DNA of 64,000 nucleotides, taken from positions 24,306,001 through 24,370,000 of the forward strand of contig NC_058383.1 of the NCBI RefSeq assembly GCF_018350175.1, written 5' to 3'. This DNA is from Felis catus (Eukaryota). Position 1 is the stretch's first letter. Each line of letters starts with the position of its first letter. The notes under the pieces are model-generated. The model ran no database searches, was not told the origin of the DNA, and saw only the letters and a list, made by a program, of their open reading frames with translations. The position numbers and the translations under genes were made by a program. This document shows positions 1 through 13,368 of the stretch, piece by piece.

Positions 1-190
1 TAAGCGTCCGACTTCAGCCAGGTCACGATCTCGCGGTCCGTGAGTTCGAGCCCCACGTCAGGCTCTGGGCTGATGGCTCAAAGCTTGGAGCCTGTTTCCG
101 ATTCTGTGTCTCCCTCTCTCTCTGCCCCTCCCCTGTTCATGCTCTGTCTCTCTCTGTCCCAAAAATAAAAAAATTAAAAAAAAAAAAAGA
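1..190 (+). mobile_element. SINEC_Fc (cut by window edge)
   Basis: tRNA-derived head, (CT)n, AATAAA and poly(A). Confidence 0.95.
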
Positions 191-497
191 AGCACAACCA
201 AAAACCAGGATGACTTAGTATCAAAGAATTGGATAATAATCCAAAATAATATAAATTGATCATCTAATTTTTAAATATTACTGTTTTGGGCTCTAGGAGA
301 AAATATTTTTTTATGAATTTAACTCTCAAATTTAACAAAGTCTGTAATATTATATCTAGGAGGGTACTCTCTGGTTATGAGGATATATCCTATAATGCTT
401 TAGCTGGGAGAACAATGCCTGGCTAAAAGATTACATATGTGTCTTTACTGAAACCCAGTTTAATAATACATTTTTTCAAAAAACTTTAATTTCTAAC

Positions 498-762
498 CTG
501 TGAAATTATAGTGTAAATCCCTCTTCACGTGGTCAACAATACTCTTCACCACAACACTTTTGGAAGGCACGAAAGCCAGTTCCCATGGACCAGGAAAAAT
601 CATGGGCATTCCAAGAAATGCAGGTAACTTATCAATAGGCTGAAGAGAGTAATTGAAAGGCCCATACTTCTTTATAGTCAAAATCTTGCGTGTTAACAGA
701 AGCGTACCAGCAAATAGTAACGTCAGGGTGAATTCTACAAATAACGCCATCAATCGCCGCCT
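498..762 (-). CDS. ABCA3-like (ABCA14-17 group) transporter, gene A, 2nd coding exon (265 bp, phase 0 to 1)
   Basis: TAG acceptor at 763-765, GTTAG donor below 498. Translates RRRLMALFVEFTLTLLFAGTLLLTRK...PIDKLP...WELAFVPSKSVVVKSIVDHVKRDL, matching the ABCA3 TM1/ECD1 start (…LELFLPLLFSGILIWLR…WELAYIPS…). Size equals the recalled 265-bp ABCA3 exon. No stops. Confidence 0.92.
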
Positions 763-1113
763 CTAGGAGATGGAAAAAAAAAAAGATTATGTTAATTGTC
801 CTGTAAGTCCATTACCTCTGCAAATGCCTAATTCTTTTTTATTAAAAGACACTTCTTAAAAGAAGATATATAGATGGCAAAGAAGAACTCTATAGTAACA
901 ATAGTTTCCTGGACTATCTGTTTTCTCCATTCTCCATGTCATTCTGCTATCATTTCACTCTGTGAGGACTCTTCACATTTGGAAGAGATACCTCCAGCTG
1001 TAGGGCTGCGAAAAATTTAACAGTATAAATTGAAATGTAGTGATCAGGCTGTAAGAATTTTCACACTGTGGTCTCTTAGCTGTTGCAAAACTCCAATAGA
1101 TAGCTCAACTTAC

Positions 1114-1173
1114 CTTTAAAATAAAATTCTTCCACAGAAGAGCCATAAATTGGTAAACCCATGAGAAATCCAT
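1114..1173 (-). CDS. ABCA3-like transporter, gene A, 1st coding exon (MDFSWVYQFMALLWKNFILK)
   Basis: ATG at 1173-1171. Carries the ABCA-family N-terminal LLWKN motif. GTAAGT donor at 1113-1108, TAG acceptor at 1183-1185 (exon starts at 1182). Splices in frame to 762. Confidence 0.92.
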
Positions 1174-2544
1174 TCTTCAATTCTAAGGAGGGAGTAAAGA
1201 TTTTTACTTAGATTTGAATTGTTTAATGTTTTAATCAAACTCAAAGGAGGACAATAAGAAACAATAAGCACTTGAAATATTAGAGAAGCTGTTTACCCCT
1301 AAATCCCTACTCAGTATCTACCAGGTTTCTAATATGTATAAAACTTCAAGCACAAAACAAAGATCAGTATGTTATTGATGCAAGCTTCCAGGTAAATTTG
1401 ACCAGTACCTTTCCCAATGATTACTAAGAAACAATACAAGAGATAATAAATAATCACCATCAGCAAAAAGACAAAATGGTATGTGAAAATCACATCATAG
1501 CTATAAGCCCAAAATGCCACTCAACAAGTAGCAAGACTGAAAGTACTTCCATTAACAACATTGCTAATAGGAGAAGATTCATTTTTATATTTAATGAATA
1601 TTTGCTGAACATCTATTACGTGACATATTAAGTCACTTAGGTGTATAATGGGAAACATAACAAAGGTTTTTATTTGTTATTTTATTAATAGGTTATTAAT
1701 AACCCAGGATCTGAAATCAGACTTTCTAGGTTGGTTCTCAGCTCTACCACTATCTGTGTGATCTTGAACACTTGACTTAAATTCTTGGAGCTACCAGAGA
1801 GAGAGCTACAATTCAGGGCCAGGAAGGGGAGACATTATTTTAGGACCTCACCTTATAAATAAAGATGAATGTGAAAGAAACTGGCCAGGTCCTGTGCAGG
1901 GACTGCACAATTTCAAATAATTTTAATCCTTGATACCAGATGAAGGTATCCTATATTGCAAATGCCTGTGGTACCTAGAACAAAAAAAAAATAAATAAAT
2001 CCTCTCTGAAGAAAACTAATATTATCCTGGAGACTCGGCTATTTCTCCAAACAATTTTTCTGAATATAACATCTGGCACTCCTGACATCTGGGGTGGAAT
2101 TATCAGGAGCAAAATTTAAAATAAGTATGCTTACTATTTTCAAGGCAAAAAACATAGAAGGTTTAGAAATTCCACAAAAGGGCATTAGATTAGGATCTCA
2201 AAGGATGGAGGAAACAGTGGTCCTAGACCTAAGCATAAAGCTAACCTATAAAACTAGTAGAAAACATATAGAAGAATATCTTTGTGGCCTTGTGGATACA
2301 GAGATTTCTTAAAGTAAATGAAAAAAAAACTACAAGCCATAAAGAAGATCTTCATAAAAATCTAAAATTTTTGCTCCTCAAAGAATACCATCATGAAAAT
2401 AGGAAAGAAAGCCATAAAAGGGGAAAATATTTCTAACATATTTATCTGACAAAAGACATATATAAGCATTGCTATAAGCCAATAATAAAAATATAACAAC
2501 CCAAATTTTTACAGTGGGAAATACACTCAAAAAGACATTTAAGC

Positions 2545-4065
2545 TAGAACAAACAATGTTAAAATTTGTATGGAACCACAAAAGACCCTAGATAGCCAAA
2601 GTAATGTTGAAAAAACTGAAGGCATCATAATTCTGGATGTTAGCCTGTTTACAAGGCTGTAATCATCAAGGCAATATGGTATTGGCACAAAAACAGACAC
2701 ATAGACCAATGGAATAGAATACAGAACCCAGAAATGGGCCCACAAACATATGACCAACTAATCTTTGACAAAGCAGGATAAAGCATCCGATGGACAAAAG
2801 ACAGTCTCTTTAGCAAATGGTGCCGGAGAACTAGACAGCAACATGCAGAAGAATGAAACTGGACCACTTTCTTACACCATACTCAAAAATAAATTCAAAA
2901 TAGATGAAAGACCTAAATGTGAGACAGGAAACCACCAAAATCCTATAAGAGAAAAGAGGCAGCAACCTCTTTGACCAGCCGCAGCAACTTCTTACTTGAC
3001 AGGTCTCTGGAGGCAAGGGAAATAAAAATAAAATTGAACTGTTGGGACCTCATCAAGATAAAAAGCTGCACAGTGAAGGAAAAAAATCAACGAAACTAAA
3101 AGACAACCTTCAAAATGAGAGCAGATATTTGCAAAAGAAGATATATTGGATAAAATATCAAAAATCTATAAACATCAAACTCAACATCCAAAAAAAAAAA
3201 TTCAGTGAAGAAATGGGCAGAAGGCATGAATAAACACTTTCCCAAAGATATCCAGATGGCTAACAGACACATGAAAAGACGCTCAACATCACTCATCATT
3301 GGAGAAATACAAATGAGATACCACCTTATACTTGTTAGAATGGCTAAATTTAACAACTTGGGAAAATAACAGATGTTGGCCAGGATGTGGAGAAAGGGGA
3401 ACCCTCTTACACTGTTGGTGGGAATGCAAACTGTGCAGCACTCTGGAAAACAGCATGGAGGTTCCTCAAAAAATTAAAAAAGAACTACCCAATGACCCAA
3501 CAATTGCAGTAGTAGGTATTTACCAAAAGACACAAAAATTCTGATTTGAAGGGCACAGGCACCCCAATGTTTATAGCAATGCTATCAACAATAGCTAAAT
3601 TATGGAAAGAGCCCAAATGTCCATTAACTGATGAATGGGTAAAGAAAATGTGGCATGTGTATACACACACACAGTATGGAATATTAGTTGGCAATTAAAA
3701 AGGATGAAATCTTGCCATTTTCAACAATGTGGATGGACCTACTTTGCTAAGCAAATTAAGTCAGTCAGAGAAAAATTATATGATATCACTCATATGTGGA
3801 ATTTAAGAAACAAAACATGTAAACATCAGGAAGGGAGGAAAAATAAAATAAAAGAAAGGAAGGAAAACCATAAGAGACTCTTAAATAGGACAAACATAGG
3901 GCTGCTAGATGGGAGGTTGGTGGGGCAATGGGCCAAATGGGTGATGGGCATTAAGGAGGGCACTCGGACGAACAGTAGGTGTCATATGTAAGTGATAAAT
4001 CATTAGGTTATACTCCTGAAAACAATAGTATACTGTATGCTAACTTGGAATAAATTTTTTAAAAA
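2545..4065 (+). mobile_element. 5'-truncated carnivore L1 (ORF2 3' end and 3'UTR); older L1 fragment at ~2200-2540
   Basis: Degenerate HIDQWNRI and HCWWECK coding sequence, L1 3'UTR, A-rich end. Confidence 0.88.
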
Positions 4066-4109
4066 GGATAAAGCTGCTATAAAGATCTAATTAATGAATA
4101 AGAGGTACA

Positions 4110-7100
4110 GTTTCCGGAGGAAGATGGCAGGGTAGGAGGACGATGGACTCACTGCATCCTGCTGACCACTTAGATTCCACCCACATCTGCCTAAATAACC
4201 CAGAAAACTGCCAGAAGACTGGCAGAAGGGACTCTCCGGAGCCAAGCGTAGATGAGAGGCCCACAGAAGAGGGTAGGAAGGGCGGAGAGGCGATGCGTGC
4301 TACATGCACTGGTGGGAGGGAGCTGGGGTGGTGGAGGGGCAGCCCGCCCAGCAAGGCAGAGCCCCTCAGTCTGGCTTGAAAAAGCAGAGGGGCCAGATGG
4401 AGTGTGTTCTGACAGCCAGCGGGACTTAACATCTGGAATATTATAAGTCAACAGCTCTACTCCAAGACCAGGAGGTCTAGAGGACAAAGGGAGGGAAAGT
4501 TGTTGAGCCTCGGAGGACACAGCTCAGCTTGGCGGGGAACAAAGGCTCTTACCAGCACCATCTCCCTCACCCATCCCCCAGCCAAAATCCCTAAGGGAAT
4601 GATAGTTCCCGTCAAAGAACTTGCTTGCACCAAGCAAACAACCAACACTGTGCTTCTGCGGATCCATCCCTCCGATGGGGCTGCCTCCCTCCCGGTGCAG
4701 CAGGGCCCCTCCTGAAGCGGACCACGGAAGGCAAAGCAAGCTGAGTCTGCCCCTCCGGCCCCTGTGCACCTTCAGGATCCACCCCAGCTAATACGCCAGA
4801 TCCCATGGAAGCAGCACCAGAAGCCTGGCAGTGTGGAAGTAGCCCAGACAGGGGCCATACCACTCCAGAGTGAGTCCTGCCCCTGGGAGAGGGGAAGATA
4901 GGGTACACACCAGTCTGACTGTGGCCTCAGCGGTGGGCTGGGGGCAGACATCAGGTCTGACTGCGGCCCCACCCACCAATGCAAGTTACTCCAGACAGCA
5001 CAGGGGAAGAGTCCTGCAGTTCCACGCCACTCCAGGGACTATCCAAAATGATGAAATGGAAGAATTCTCCTCAAAAGAAACTCCAGGAAGTAGCAACAGC
5101 TAACGAACTGATCAAAAACGACTTGAGCAATGTTAGAGAAAATGAATTTAAAATAATAGTCATAAAATTAATCGCTGGGCTTGAAAAAAGCATAGAGGAC
5201 ACCAGATCTTCTATTACTACAGAGACCAAGGGACTAAGAAACAGTCAGGAGAGCTAAAAAATGCTATTACTAAGCTGCAAAATAAAATGGAGTCGACCAC
5301 AGCTCGGATTGAAGAGGCAGAGGAGAGAATAGGTGAATTAGAAGATAAAATTATGGAAAAAGTGGAAGCTGAGAAAAAGAGAGATAAAAAAATCCAGGAG
5401 TAGGAGGGGAGAATTAGAGAACTAAGTGATGCAATCAAATGCAACAACATATGCATAATTGGGATTCCAGGGGAGGAAGAGAGAAAGAAAGATGATGAAA
5501 GTGTACTTGAAGAAACCATAGCTGAGAACTTCCCTGATCTGGGGAAGGAAAAAGGCATTGAAATCCAAGAGGCACAGAGAACTCCCTTCAGACGTAACTT
5601 GAATTGATCCTCCTCATGACATATCAGAGTGAAACTGGCAAAATACAAGGATAAAGAGAAAATTCTGAAAGCATCTAGGGATAAACATGCTCTAACATAT
5701 AAAGGGAGACCAATAAGACTAGTGACAGATTTATCTACTGAAACTTGGCAGGCCAGAAAGAAATGGCAGGAAATCTTCAATGTGATGAACAGAAAAAATA
5801 TGCAGCCAAAAATCCTCTATCCAGCAAATCTGTCATTTAGAATAGAAGGAGAGATAAAGGTCTTCCCAAACAAACAAAAACTGAAGGAATTCGTCACCAC
5901 TACACCAGCACTACAAGAGATCCTAAGGAGGATCCTGTGAGACAAGGTACCAGAGACATTGCTACAAGCATGAAACCTACGGACATCACAATGACTCTAA
6001 ACCCATATCTTTCTATAATAACACTGAATGTAAATGGACTAAATGCGCCAACCAAAAGACATAGGGTATCAGAATGGATAAAAGAACAAGACCCATCTAT
6101 TTGCTGTCTACAAGAGACTCATTTTAGACCTGAGGACACCTTCAGATTGAAAATGAGGGGATGGAGAACTATTTACCATGCTACTGGAAGTCAAAAGAAA
6201 GCTGGAGTAGCCATACTTATGTCAGACAAACTAGACTTTAAATTAAAGGCTGTAACAAGAGATGAAGAAGGGCATTATATAATAATTACAGGGTCTATCC
6301 ATCAGGAAGAGCTAACAATTATAAATGTCTATGCGCCGAATACTGGAGCCCCCAAATATATAAAGCAATTAATCACAAACATAAGCAACCTTATTGATAA
6401 GAATGTGGTAATTGTGGGGAATTTAATACCTCACTTACAACAATGGATAGATCATCTAGACACAGGATCAATAAAGAAACAAGGGCCCTGAATGATACAT
6501 TGGATCAGATGGACTTGACAGATATATTTAGAACTCTGCATCCCAAAGCAACAGAATATACTTTCTTCTCGAGTGTACATGGACATTCTCCAAGATAGAT
6601 CACATACAGGGTCACAAAACAGCCCTTCATAAGTATACAAGAATTGAGATCATACCATGCACACTTTAGGACCACAATGCTGTGAAACTTGAAGTCAACC
6701 ACAGGAAAAAGTCTGGAAAACCTCCAAAAGCATGGAGGTTAAAGAAAACCCTACTAAAGAACCAATGGTCAACCAGGCAATTAGGGAAGAAATTAAAAAA
6801 TATATGGAAACAAACGAAAATACAACAATCCAAATGCTTTGGAATGCAGCAAAGGCAGTCCTGAGAGGAAAATACATTGCAATCCAGGCCTATCTCAAGA
6901 AACAAGAAAAATCCCAAATACAAAATCTAGCAGCACACCTAAAGGAAATAGAAGCAGAACAGCAAAGGCAGCCTAAACCCAGCAGAAGAAGAGAAATAAT
7001 AAAGATCAGAGCAGAAATAAACAATGTAGAATCTAAAAAACTGTAGAGCAGATCAATGAAACCAAGAGTTGGTTTTTTTGAAAAAAAAAAAAAAAAAAAA

Positions 7101-10100
7101 AAAAACCACAATTGATAAACCTCTAGCCAGGCTTCTCAAAAAGAAAAGGGAGACGACCCAAATAGATAAAATCAGGAATGAAAATGGAATTATTACAACC
7201 AATCCCTCAGAGATACAAGCAATTATCAGGGAATACTAGGAAAAATTATATGCCAACAAACTGGACAACCTGGAAGAAATGGACAAATTCCTAAACACCC
7301 ACACACTTCCAAACCTCAATCAGGAGGAAATAGAAAGCTTGAACAGACCCATAACTAGCGAAGAAATTGAATCGGTTATCAAAAATCTCCCAACAAATAA
7401 GAGTCCAGGACCAGGTGGCTTCCCAGGGGAGTTCTACCAGACATTTGAAGCAGAGATAATACCTATCCTTCTCAAGCTATTCCAAGAAATAGAAAGGGAA
7501 GGAAAACTTCCAGACTCATTCTATGAAGCCAGCATTACTTTGATTCCTAAACCAGACAGAGACCCAGTAAAGAAAGAGAGATACAGGCCAATATCCCTGA
7601 TGAATATGAATGCAAAAATTCTCAATAAGATACTAGCAAATCGAATTCAACAGCTTATAAAAAGAATTATTCACCATGATCAAGTGGGATTCATTCCTGG
7701 GATGCAGGGCTGGTTCAACATTCACAAATCAACCAGTGTGTTACATCACATTAATAAAAGAAAAGATAAGAACCATATGATCCTGTCAATCGATGCAGGA
7801 AAAGCATTTGACAAAATTCAGCATCCTTTCTTAATAAAAACCCTCGAGAAAGTTGGGATAGAAGGAACAAACTTAAACATCATAAAAGCCATTTATGAAA
7901 AGCCTACAGCTAATATTATCCTCAATGGGGAAAAACTGAAAGCTTTTTCCCTGAGATCAGGAACACGACAGGGATGTCCACTCTCACCGCTGCTGTGTAA
8001 CATAGTGTTGGAAGTGCTAGCATCAGCAATCAGACAAAAGGAAATCAAAGGAATCAAAATTGGCAAAGATGAAGTCAAGCTTTCACTTTTTGCAGATGAC
8101 ATGATATTATACATGGAAAATCCGATAGACTCCACCGAAAGTCGGCTAGAACTGATACATGAATTCAACAGAGTTGCAGGATACAAAATCAATATACAGA
8201 AATCAGCTGCATTCTTTTTTTTTTTAATTTTTTTTCAACGTTTATTTATTTTTGGGACAGAGAGAGACAGAGCATGAACGGGGGAGGGGCAGAGAGAGAG
8301 GGAGACACAGAATCGGAAACAGGCTCCAGGCTCTGAGCCATCAGCCCAGAGCCTGACGCGGGGCTCGAACTCACGGACCGTGAGATCGTGACCTGGCTGA
8401 AGTCGGACGCTTAACTGACTGCGCCACCCAGGTGCCCCATCAGCTGCATTCTTATACACTAATAATGAAGCAACAGAAAGACAAATAAAGAAACTGATCC
8501 CATTCACAATTGCACCAAGAAACATACAATACCTAGGGATAAATCTAACCAAAATGTACAAAATATGTATGTTGAAAACTATAGAAAGCTTAGGAAGGAA
8601 ATTGAAGAAGATATAAAGAAAAGGAAAAACATTCCATGCTCATGGATTGGAAGAATAAATATTGTCAAAATGTCAATACTACCCAAAGCTATCTACACAT
8701 TCAACGCAATCCCAATCAAAATTGCACCAGCATTCTTCTTAAAGCTAGAACAAGCAATCCTAAAATTCATATGGAACCACAAAAGGCCCCGAATAGCCAA
8801 AGGAATTTTGAAGAAGACCAAAGCAGGAGGCATCACAATCCCAGACTTTAGCCTCTACTACAAAGCTGTCATCATCAAGATAGCATGGTATGGGCACAAA
8901 AACAGACACATAGACCAATGGAATAGAATAGAAACCCCAGAACTAGACCCACAAACGTATGGCCAACTCATCTTTGACAAAGCAGGAAAGAACATCCAAT
9001 GGAAAAAAGACAGTCTCTTTAACAAATGGTGCTGGGAGAACTGAACAGCAACATGCAGAAGGTTGAAACTAGACCACTTTCTTACACCATTCACAAAAAT
9101 AAACTCAAAATAGATAAAGGACCTGATGTGAGACAGGAAACCATCAAAACCCTAGAGGAGAAAGCAGGAAACGACCTCTCTGACCTCAGCCGTAGCAATT
9201 TATTACTTGACACAAATCCAAAGGCAAGGGAATTAAAAGCAAAAATGAACTATTGGTACCTCATGAAGATAAAAAGCTGCACAGCAAAGAAAACATCAAA
9301 ACTAAAAGGCAACCAACAGAATGGGAAAAGATATTTGCAAATGACATATCGGACAAAGGGCTAGTATCCAAAATCTATGAAGAGCTCACCAAACTCCACA
9401 CCTGAAAAACAAATAATCCAGTGAAGAAATGGGCAGAAAAGATGAATAGACACTTCTCTAAAGAAGACATCCGGATGGCCAACAGGCACATGAAAAGATG
9501 CTCAACGTTGCTCCCCATCAGGGAAATACAAATCAAAACCACACTCAGATATCACCTCACGCCAGTCAGAGTGGCCAAAATGAACAAATCAGGAGACTAT
9601 AGATGCTGGAGAGGATGTGGAGAAATGGGAACCCTCTTGCACTGTTGGTGGGAGTGCAAATTGGTGCAGCCACTCTGGAAAACAGTGCAGAGGTTCCTCA
9701 AAAAATTAAAAATAGACCTACCCTATGATCCAGCAGTAGCACTGCTAGGAATGTACCCAAGGGATACAGGAGTACTGATGCATAGGGGCACTTGTACCCC
9801 AAGGTTGATAGCAGCATTCTCAACAATAGCCAAATGATGGAAAGAGCCTAAATGTCCATCAACTGATGAACGGATAAAGAAATTGTGGTTTATATACACA
9901 ATGGAGTACTACGTGGCAATGAGAAAGAACGAAATATGGCCCTTTGTAGCAACGTGGATGGAACTGGAGAGTGTGATGCTAAGTGAAAGAAGCCATACAG
10001 AGAAAGACAGATACCATATGGTTTCACTCTTATGTGGATCCTGAGAAACTGAACAGAAGACCATGGGGGAGGGGAAGGAAAAAAAAGAGGTTAGAGTGGG

Positions 10101-10267
10101 AGAGAGCCAAAGCATAAGAGACTCTTAAAAAGTGAGAACAAACTGAGGGTTGATGTGGGGTGGGGGGGTGGGTGGGTGATGGTATTGAGGAGGGCACCTT
10201 TTGGGATGAGCACTGGGTGTTGTATGGAAACCAATTTGACAATAAATTTCATATAAAAAAAAAGAAA
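4110..10267 (+). mobile_element. Full-length felid LINE-1 (L1_Fc-like), inactivated
   Basis: GC-rich 5'UTR, ORF1 ~5048-5940, ORF2 ~5991-10044 (EN LNVNGLN, RT FADDM, C-terminal HCWWECK), poly(A), TSD AAGAGGTACA at 4100-4109 and 10268-10277. Multiple stops and frameshifts, an A-run expansion near 7082-7105 and a SINE insertion. Confidence 0.97.
8217..8438 (-). mobile_element. SINEC_Fc inside L1 ORF2
   Basis: TSD ATCAGCTGCATTCTT at 8202-8216 and 8439-8453. Confidence 0.97.
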
Positions 10268-10329
10268 AAGAGGTACAAGTATCCGGTTACTAAAGAAAAA
10301 AAAAGATCTAATTAATTAAAAACCCAGAG

Positions 10330-10934
10330 GTTTCCTTCCTTTTAAATCTTCTGCTTACTTTGCATACAATGAGGTGACCAAGATGGCCTGCCTGTTACTC
10401 TGAGCTGGACCAACCTTTAGAAAGGCTCTTCTGGCTCTAGGTCCTAACCACCCTTTTCTTTGAACATGTGCTTTAGAAAACTTGTAATTATACATCCTTT
10501 CTCTGTTTAAAATACAGATAACCCTTTTTTACAAGCCTCTTTCCTGTTTTACAACCCCAAACTGCCTTTCTGAAGGACCTGGGAGTCATCCTTTGACACG
10601 TAATCCTCAAGGAAAATAACACCCCTATTCCCAGTATCTGTGCGAGGGGAGGAGCTAGCTTTCGACAGGCACCAATCAGCAAACACAGATGGCCTCATCA
10701 GAGAACCACATGGACAAACTCAGGAAGTTACTCAAGGTGTTCTCTTGGTCAACCTTCCCTCCAACTTTTCCAACTTTCCCACTGTCTCACCTCAGTCCAC
10801 AAATACCTTCCCACCCTTTGTTTCAGCAGAGTTGAGCTCAGACTGAGTTCTGGCCTCTCTTCCCTGCTCCGGTAGCCTCGCATAAAGTCTTCTTTGCCTG
10901 TTTTACTTCGTCCAGTGCAATTTTTGCATCGACA
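10330..10934 (+). mobile_element. Probable ERV1-class solo LTR (MER34/39-like)
   Basis: LTR-like composition ending ATAAAGTCTTCTTTGCCTG...GTGCAATTTTTGCATCGACA. 5' boundary uncertain. Confidence 0.55.
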
Positions 10935-11123
10935 GAAGAAAACTAAGACAACGTGAGCCTCCTGCAGCACTTAACTTCCATACCCCTTCTCTCTATTCAA
11001 CACTTACTGTGTTCTGTCAGTTCAAATAGTCTAGTCACCCTGAGAGATGGGTACGTGTAATATCCAGGTTCTTTCAGACAAGGAAACCCTGGCCTTGTGA
11101 AGTCAAAGTTTACCTTGGGTCAT

Positions 11124-11495
11124 TGCTATAATCTGACTGTCTGGGTCCTCCCCTCCTCCCCAGATTCTTATGTTGAAATCCAAACCTGGATGTGATGGTA
11201 TCAGGATGAGGGACATTGGGCACGTGATGAGGCCATGAGGATGGAGCCCCGATGAATGGGATTAGTGCCCATATTATAAGACAGGGCCCCAGAGAGCTCC
11301 CCTGCTTCCTCCACCATGTGAAGGACACAGTGACAAGATGCCTGTCTATGCATCAGAAATCAGGCTCTCACCACACACTGAATCTCACGGACCTCTGAGC
11401 TGAGACTTTCCAGCCTCCAGAACTGTGAGAAATACATTTGGGTGGCCCAGCCCACGGCAGGTATTCTATTACAGCAGCCCCAGCTGACTGGGACA
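11124..11495 (+). mobile_element. MaLR solo LTR (MLT1A-like)
   Basis: TG...CA termini, TATGTTGAAATCC and CCAGCCTCCAGAACTGTGAGAAATA motifs, 5-bp TSD GTCAT/GTCAC. Confidence 0.88.
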
Positions 11496-11939
11496 GTCAC
11501 ACAGCAAGTCAATTCTGGACACCCCAGCCCTCGACCCAAAACATGTGCCTCCAGACCCCTGGCTTTCAAATACTGAAGGCAACCAAAATAAAATTCTGTT
11601 TGTTTAATGTGTTCCCATTAGCTTCTCTGTGTGTCTTGGGGTCCAGAGAAGTGTCTCCTACGTCATGTGCTTGTTTTGGCACTTTCTCCTCCCTGGGAAG
11701 TCCGGGATGCATTCCCCAGAGCAGGGGCACTTGGAGAGGAAAAGGAAGGGAGTGAGGTCCACTGAGGGACATGCAAAACTACAGGATGGAGGGTCAACGC
11801 TGGGTGTGGTGGCGAGCGACGTTAGACAGCGAGGTACAGGGAATATTATAATATATATGTTACATACAATGGGCTTTGGAGGGGGCAGAAAGGGTTGTGG
11901 AGGGTTCTAGTGTATTGGGGCTTTTGGGAGTGTTGGGGG

Positions 11940-12900
11940 GTTCGCACTTTCCGGCTCTGCACTCAACAGTGCGGCCAGGGGGTGGGCCTCCGGGGAAGTC
12001 CAGGAAGCCCACCCTCCGCCTCCCCGGGGGAATCTGGGGAGAAGACACCACCAGGGCGGGGTGGTCCCGCACTCACCGCTCGGGCCTCGAAACCGCCACT
12101 GCTACACCTGCGCCTCCGCCGCTGAGGGACGCGGGTCACCGGGCGCGGCGCCTCCTCCCAACGCCTTCGCCAACCGCCCAGCTGCCTGCCGGCCTCGCGA
12201 GCAGATCATGGGCCACGGACCCTTCCTCGCGCATGCGCGCACGCACCTACTCCCCAGCCTGCCCCCTCCTCCCTGCAGCCCCGCCACCTGGCCCGCACGC
12301 GCCTCCCTGCCCCCTGCGCGCACTGGACCCTCCGCCCGGGACCCCTTAGAGTGTGGGGCCCCACCCAGCACTGCCGGAGGCCCCCAGACCCTCGGCGCCC
12401 TACCTCGGGGCCTGTGCGCTTGCCCCAGGCTCTCTGCCGCTAGACCCCGCTGGGCCACCCCACCACCCTCCAACTCTCGCGGGCTCCCCTCTCCCTCAAG
12501 TGTCATGGTCACCTCAGCGGGCCAGTAGCTCGTGGCAGGAAGTTGGGAGAGATTCACTGGCCGCCCTCTAGGGTCTGTGGGCGGCAGCAGAGAACTTGCA
12601 GAGGTTCCCCCCCTCGGGGACCCGCAAGCCTGCTGCGGGGGCCACTCGCAGCCCCCGACGTGGGGCGACTCTGGCGTAAGGCGCGCGGTCCTCGAGTCCA
12701 GCTCCCCAGCGAGCGCCGCCTGCGCCTCGACACGTGGGCGCTCTGCGCGTTGTGACTCCCACGGCGTCCTCTCCACGCGCTTCCCCGACCCGCCAGCCAC
12801 TCAGGGGGCCCCACGTCCCGACCTCTCTCCTGCTCCACAAATTCGTCAGTGGTCGCTTCTCTTGGCGGACCCCACCCCAATACCCACCTTCGGTGTAGCT
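11940..12900. promoter_or_regulatory. CpG island, probable promoter of ABCA gene A
   Basis: Abrupt GC/CpG-rich block in AT-rich, CpG-poor surroundings; not repeat-derived. Perfect NRF1-type palindrome GCGCATGCGC at 12229-12238. Lies ~11 kb upstream of the ATG exon. Confidence 0.8.
12077..12200 (-). other. Probable non-coding exon 1 of ABCA gene A (5' end approximate)
   Basis: Consensus minus-strand donor AGCG|GTGAGT at 12077/12076, just downstream of the NRF1 site. The ATG exon has its own acceptor, so an upstream exon is needed. Confidence 0.55.
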
Positions 12901-13368
12901 TAAGCGTTGCCAAGCAGGTTCTGAATTCTGCCAGAGGCTAATCTCTTCCCTACCCCGCCAGGGATCCGGTTCTGGCCTCTAGGCAGCAAATGGAATTGGG
13001 TTCTTGAACTGTCAGGTTAAGCTTGGTCAGGAGAGGGTGCTGGCGGGACGCTACAGGGCCAAAGGCTGCTGCTCCAGGTTCAGTGTTTTCTCTTGATTGT
13101 TGCTCTCCCCTTGCTGTCAGCAGCAGGTGTGGAGGACATTTCTGGGCATTCACCCTGCACCTCCCCCGACCCCCATTAACCGTGGATTCTCAGTGACTCC
13201 GGCAGGTGCCCCTGCCTAGCACCAGCCTGCCAACAACCACAGAAAAGAGTTTCCTGCTTGCTAGATCCAGCCACAGTTCCTTGCTGGCTAGCCGAGGCAG
13301 CCTGTAACTATGGGGTGTTTCCTGTTTGCTCAGCAGGTTTGGAACAGCCTTGACCCAGGGCCAAGAAA

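Noticed and set aside
7279..8277. 332-aa reverse-transcriptase ORF as an active or novel RT system
   Set aside because: It is a fragment of ordinary L1 ORF2, bounded by an upstream stop and a SINE insertion, and ORF1 is also broken.
11876..12913. Several long overlapping ORFs (150-230 aa)
   Set aside because: Pro/Ala/Arg/Gly-rich stop-depletion artefacts of the CpG island, with no recognisable domain.
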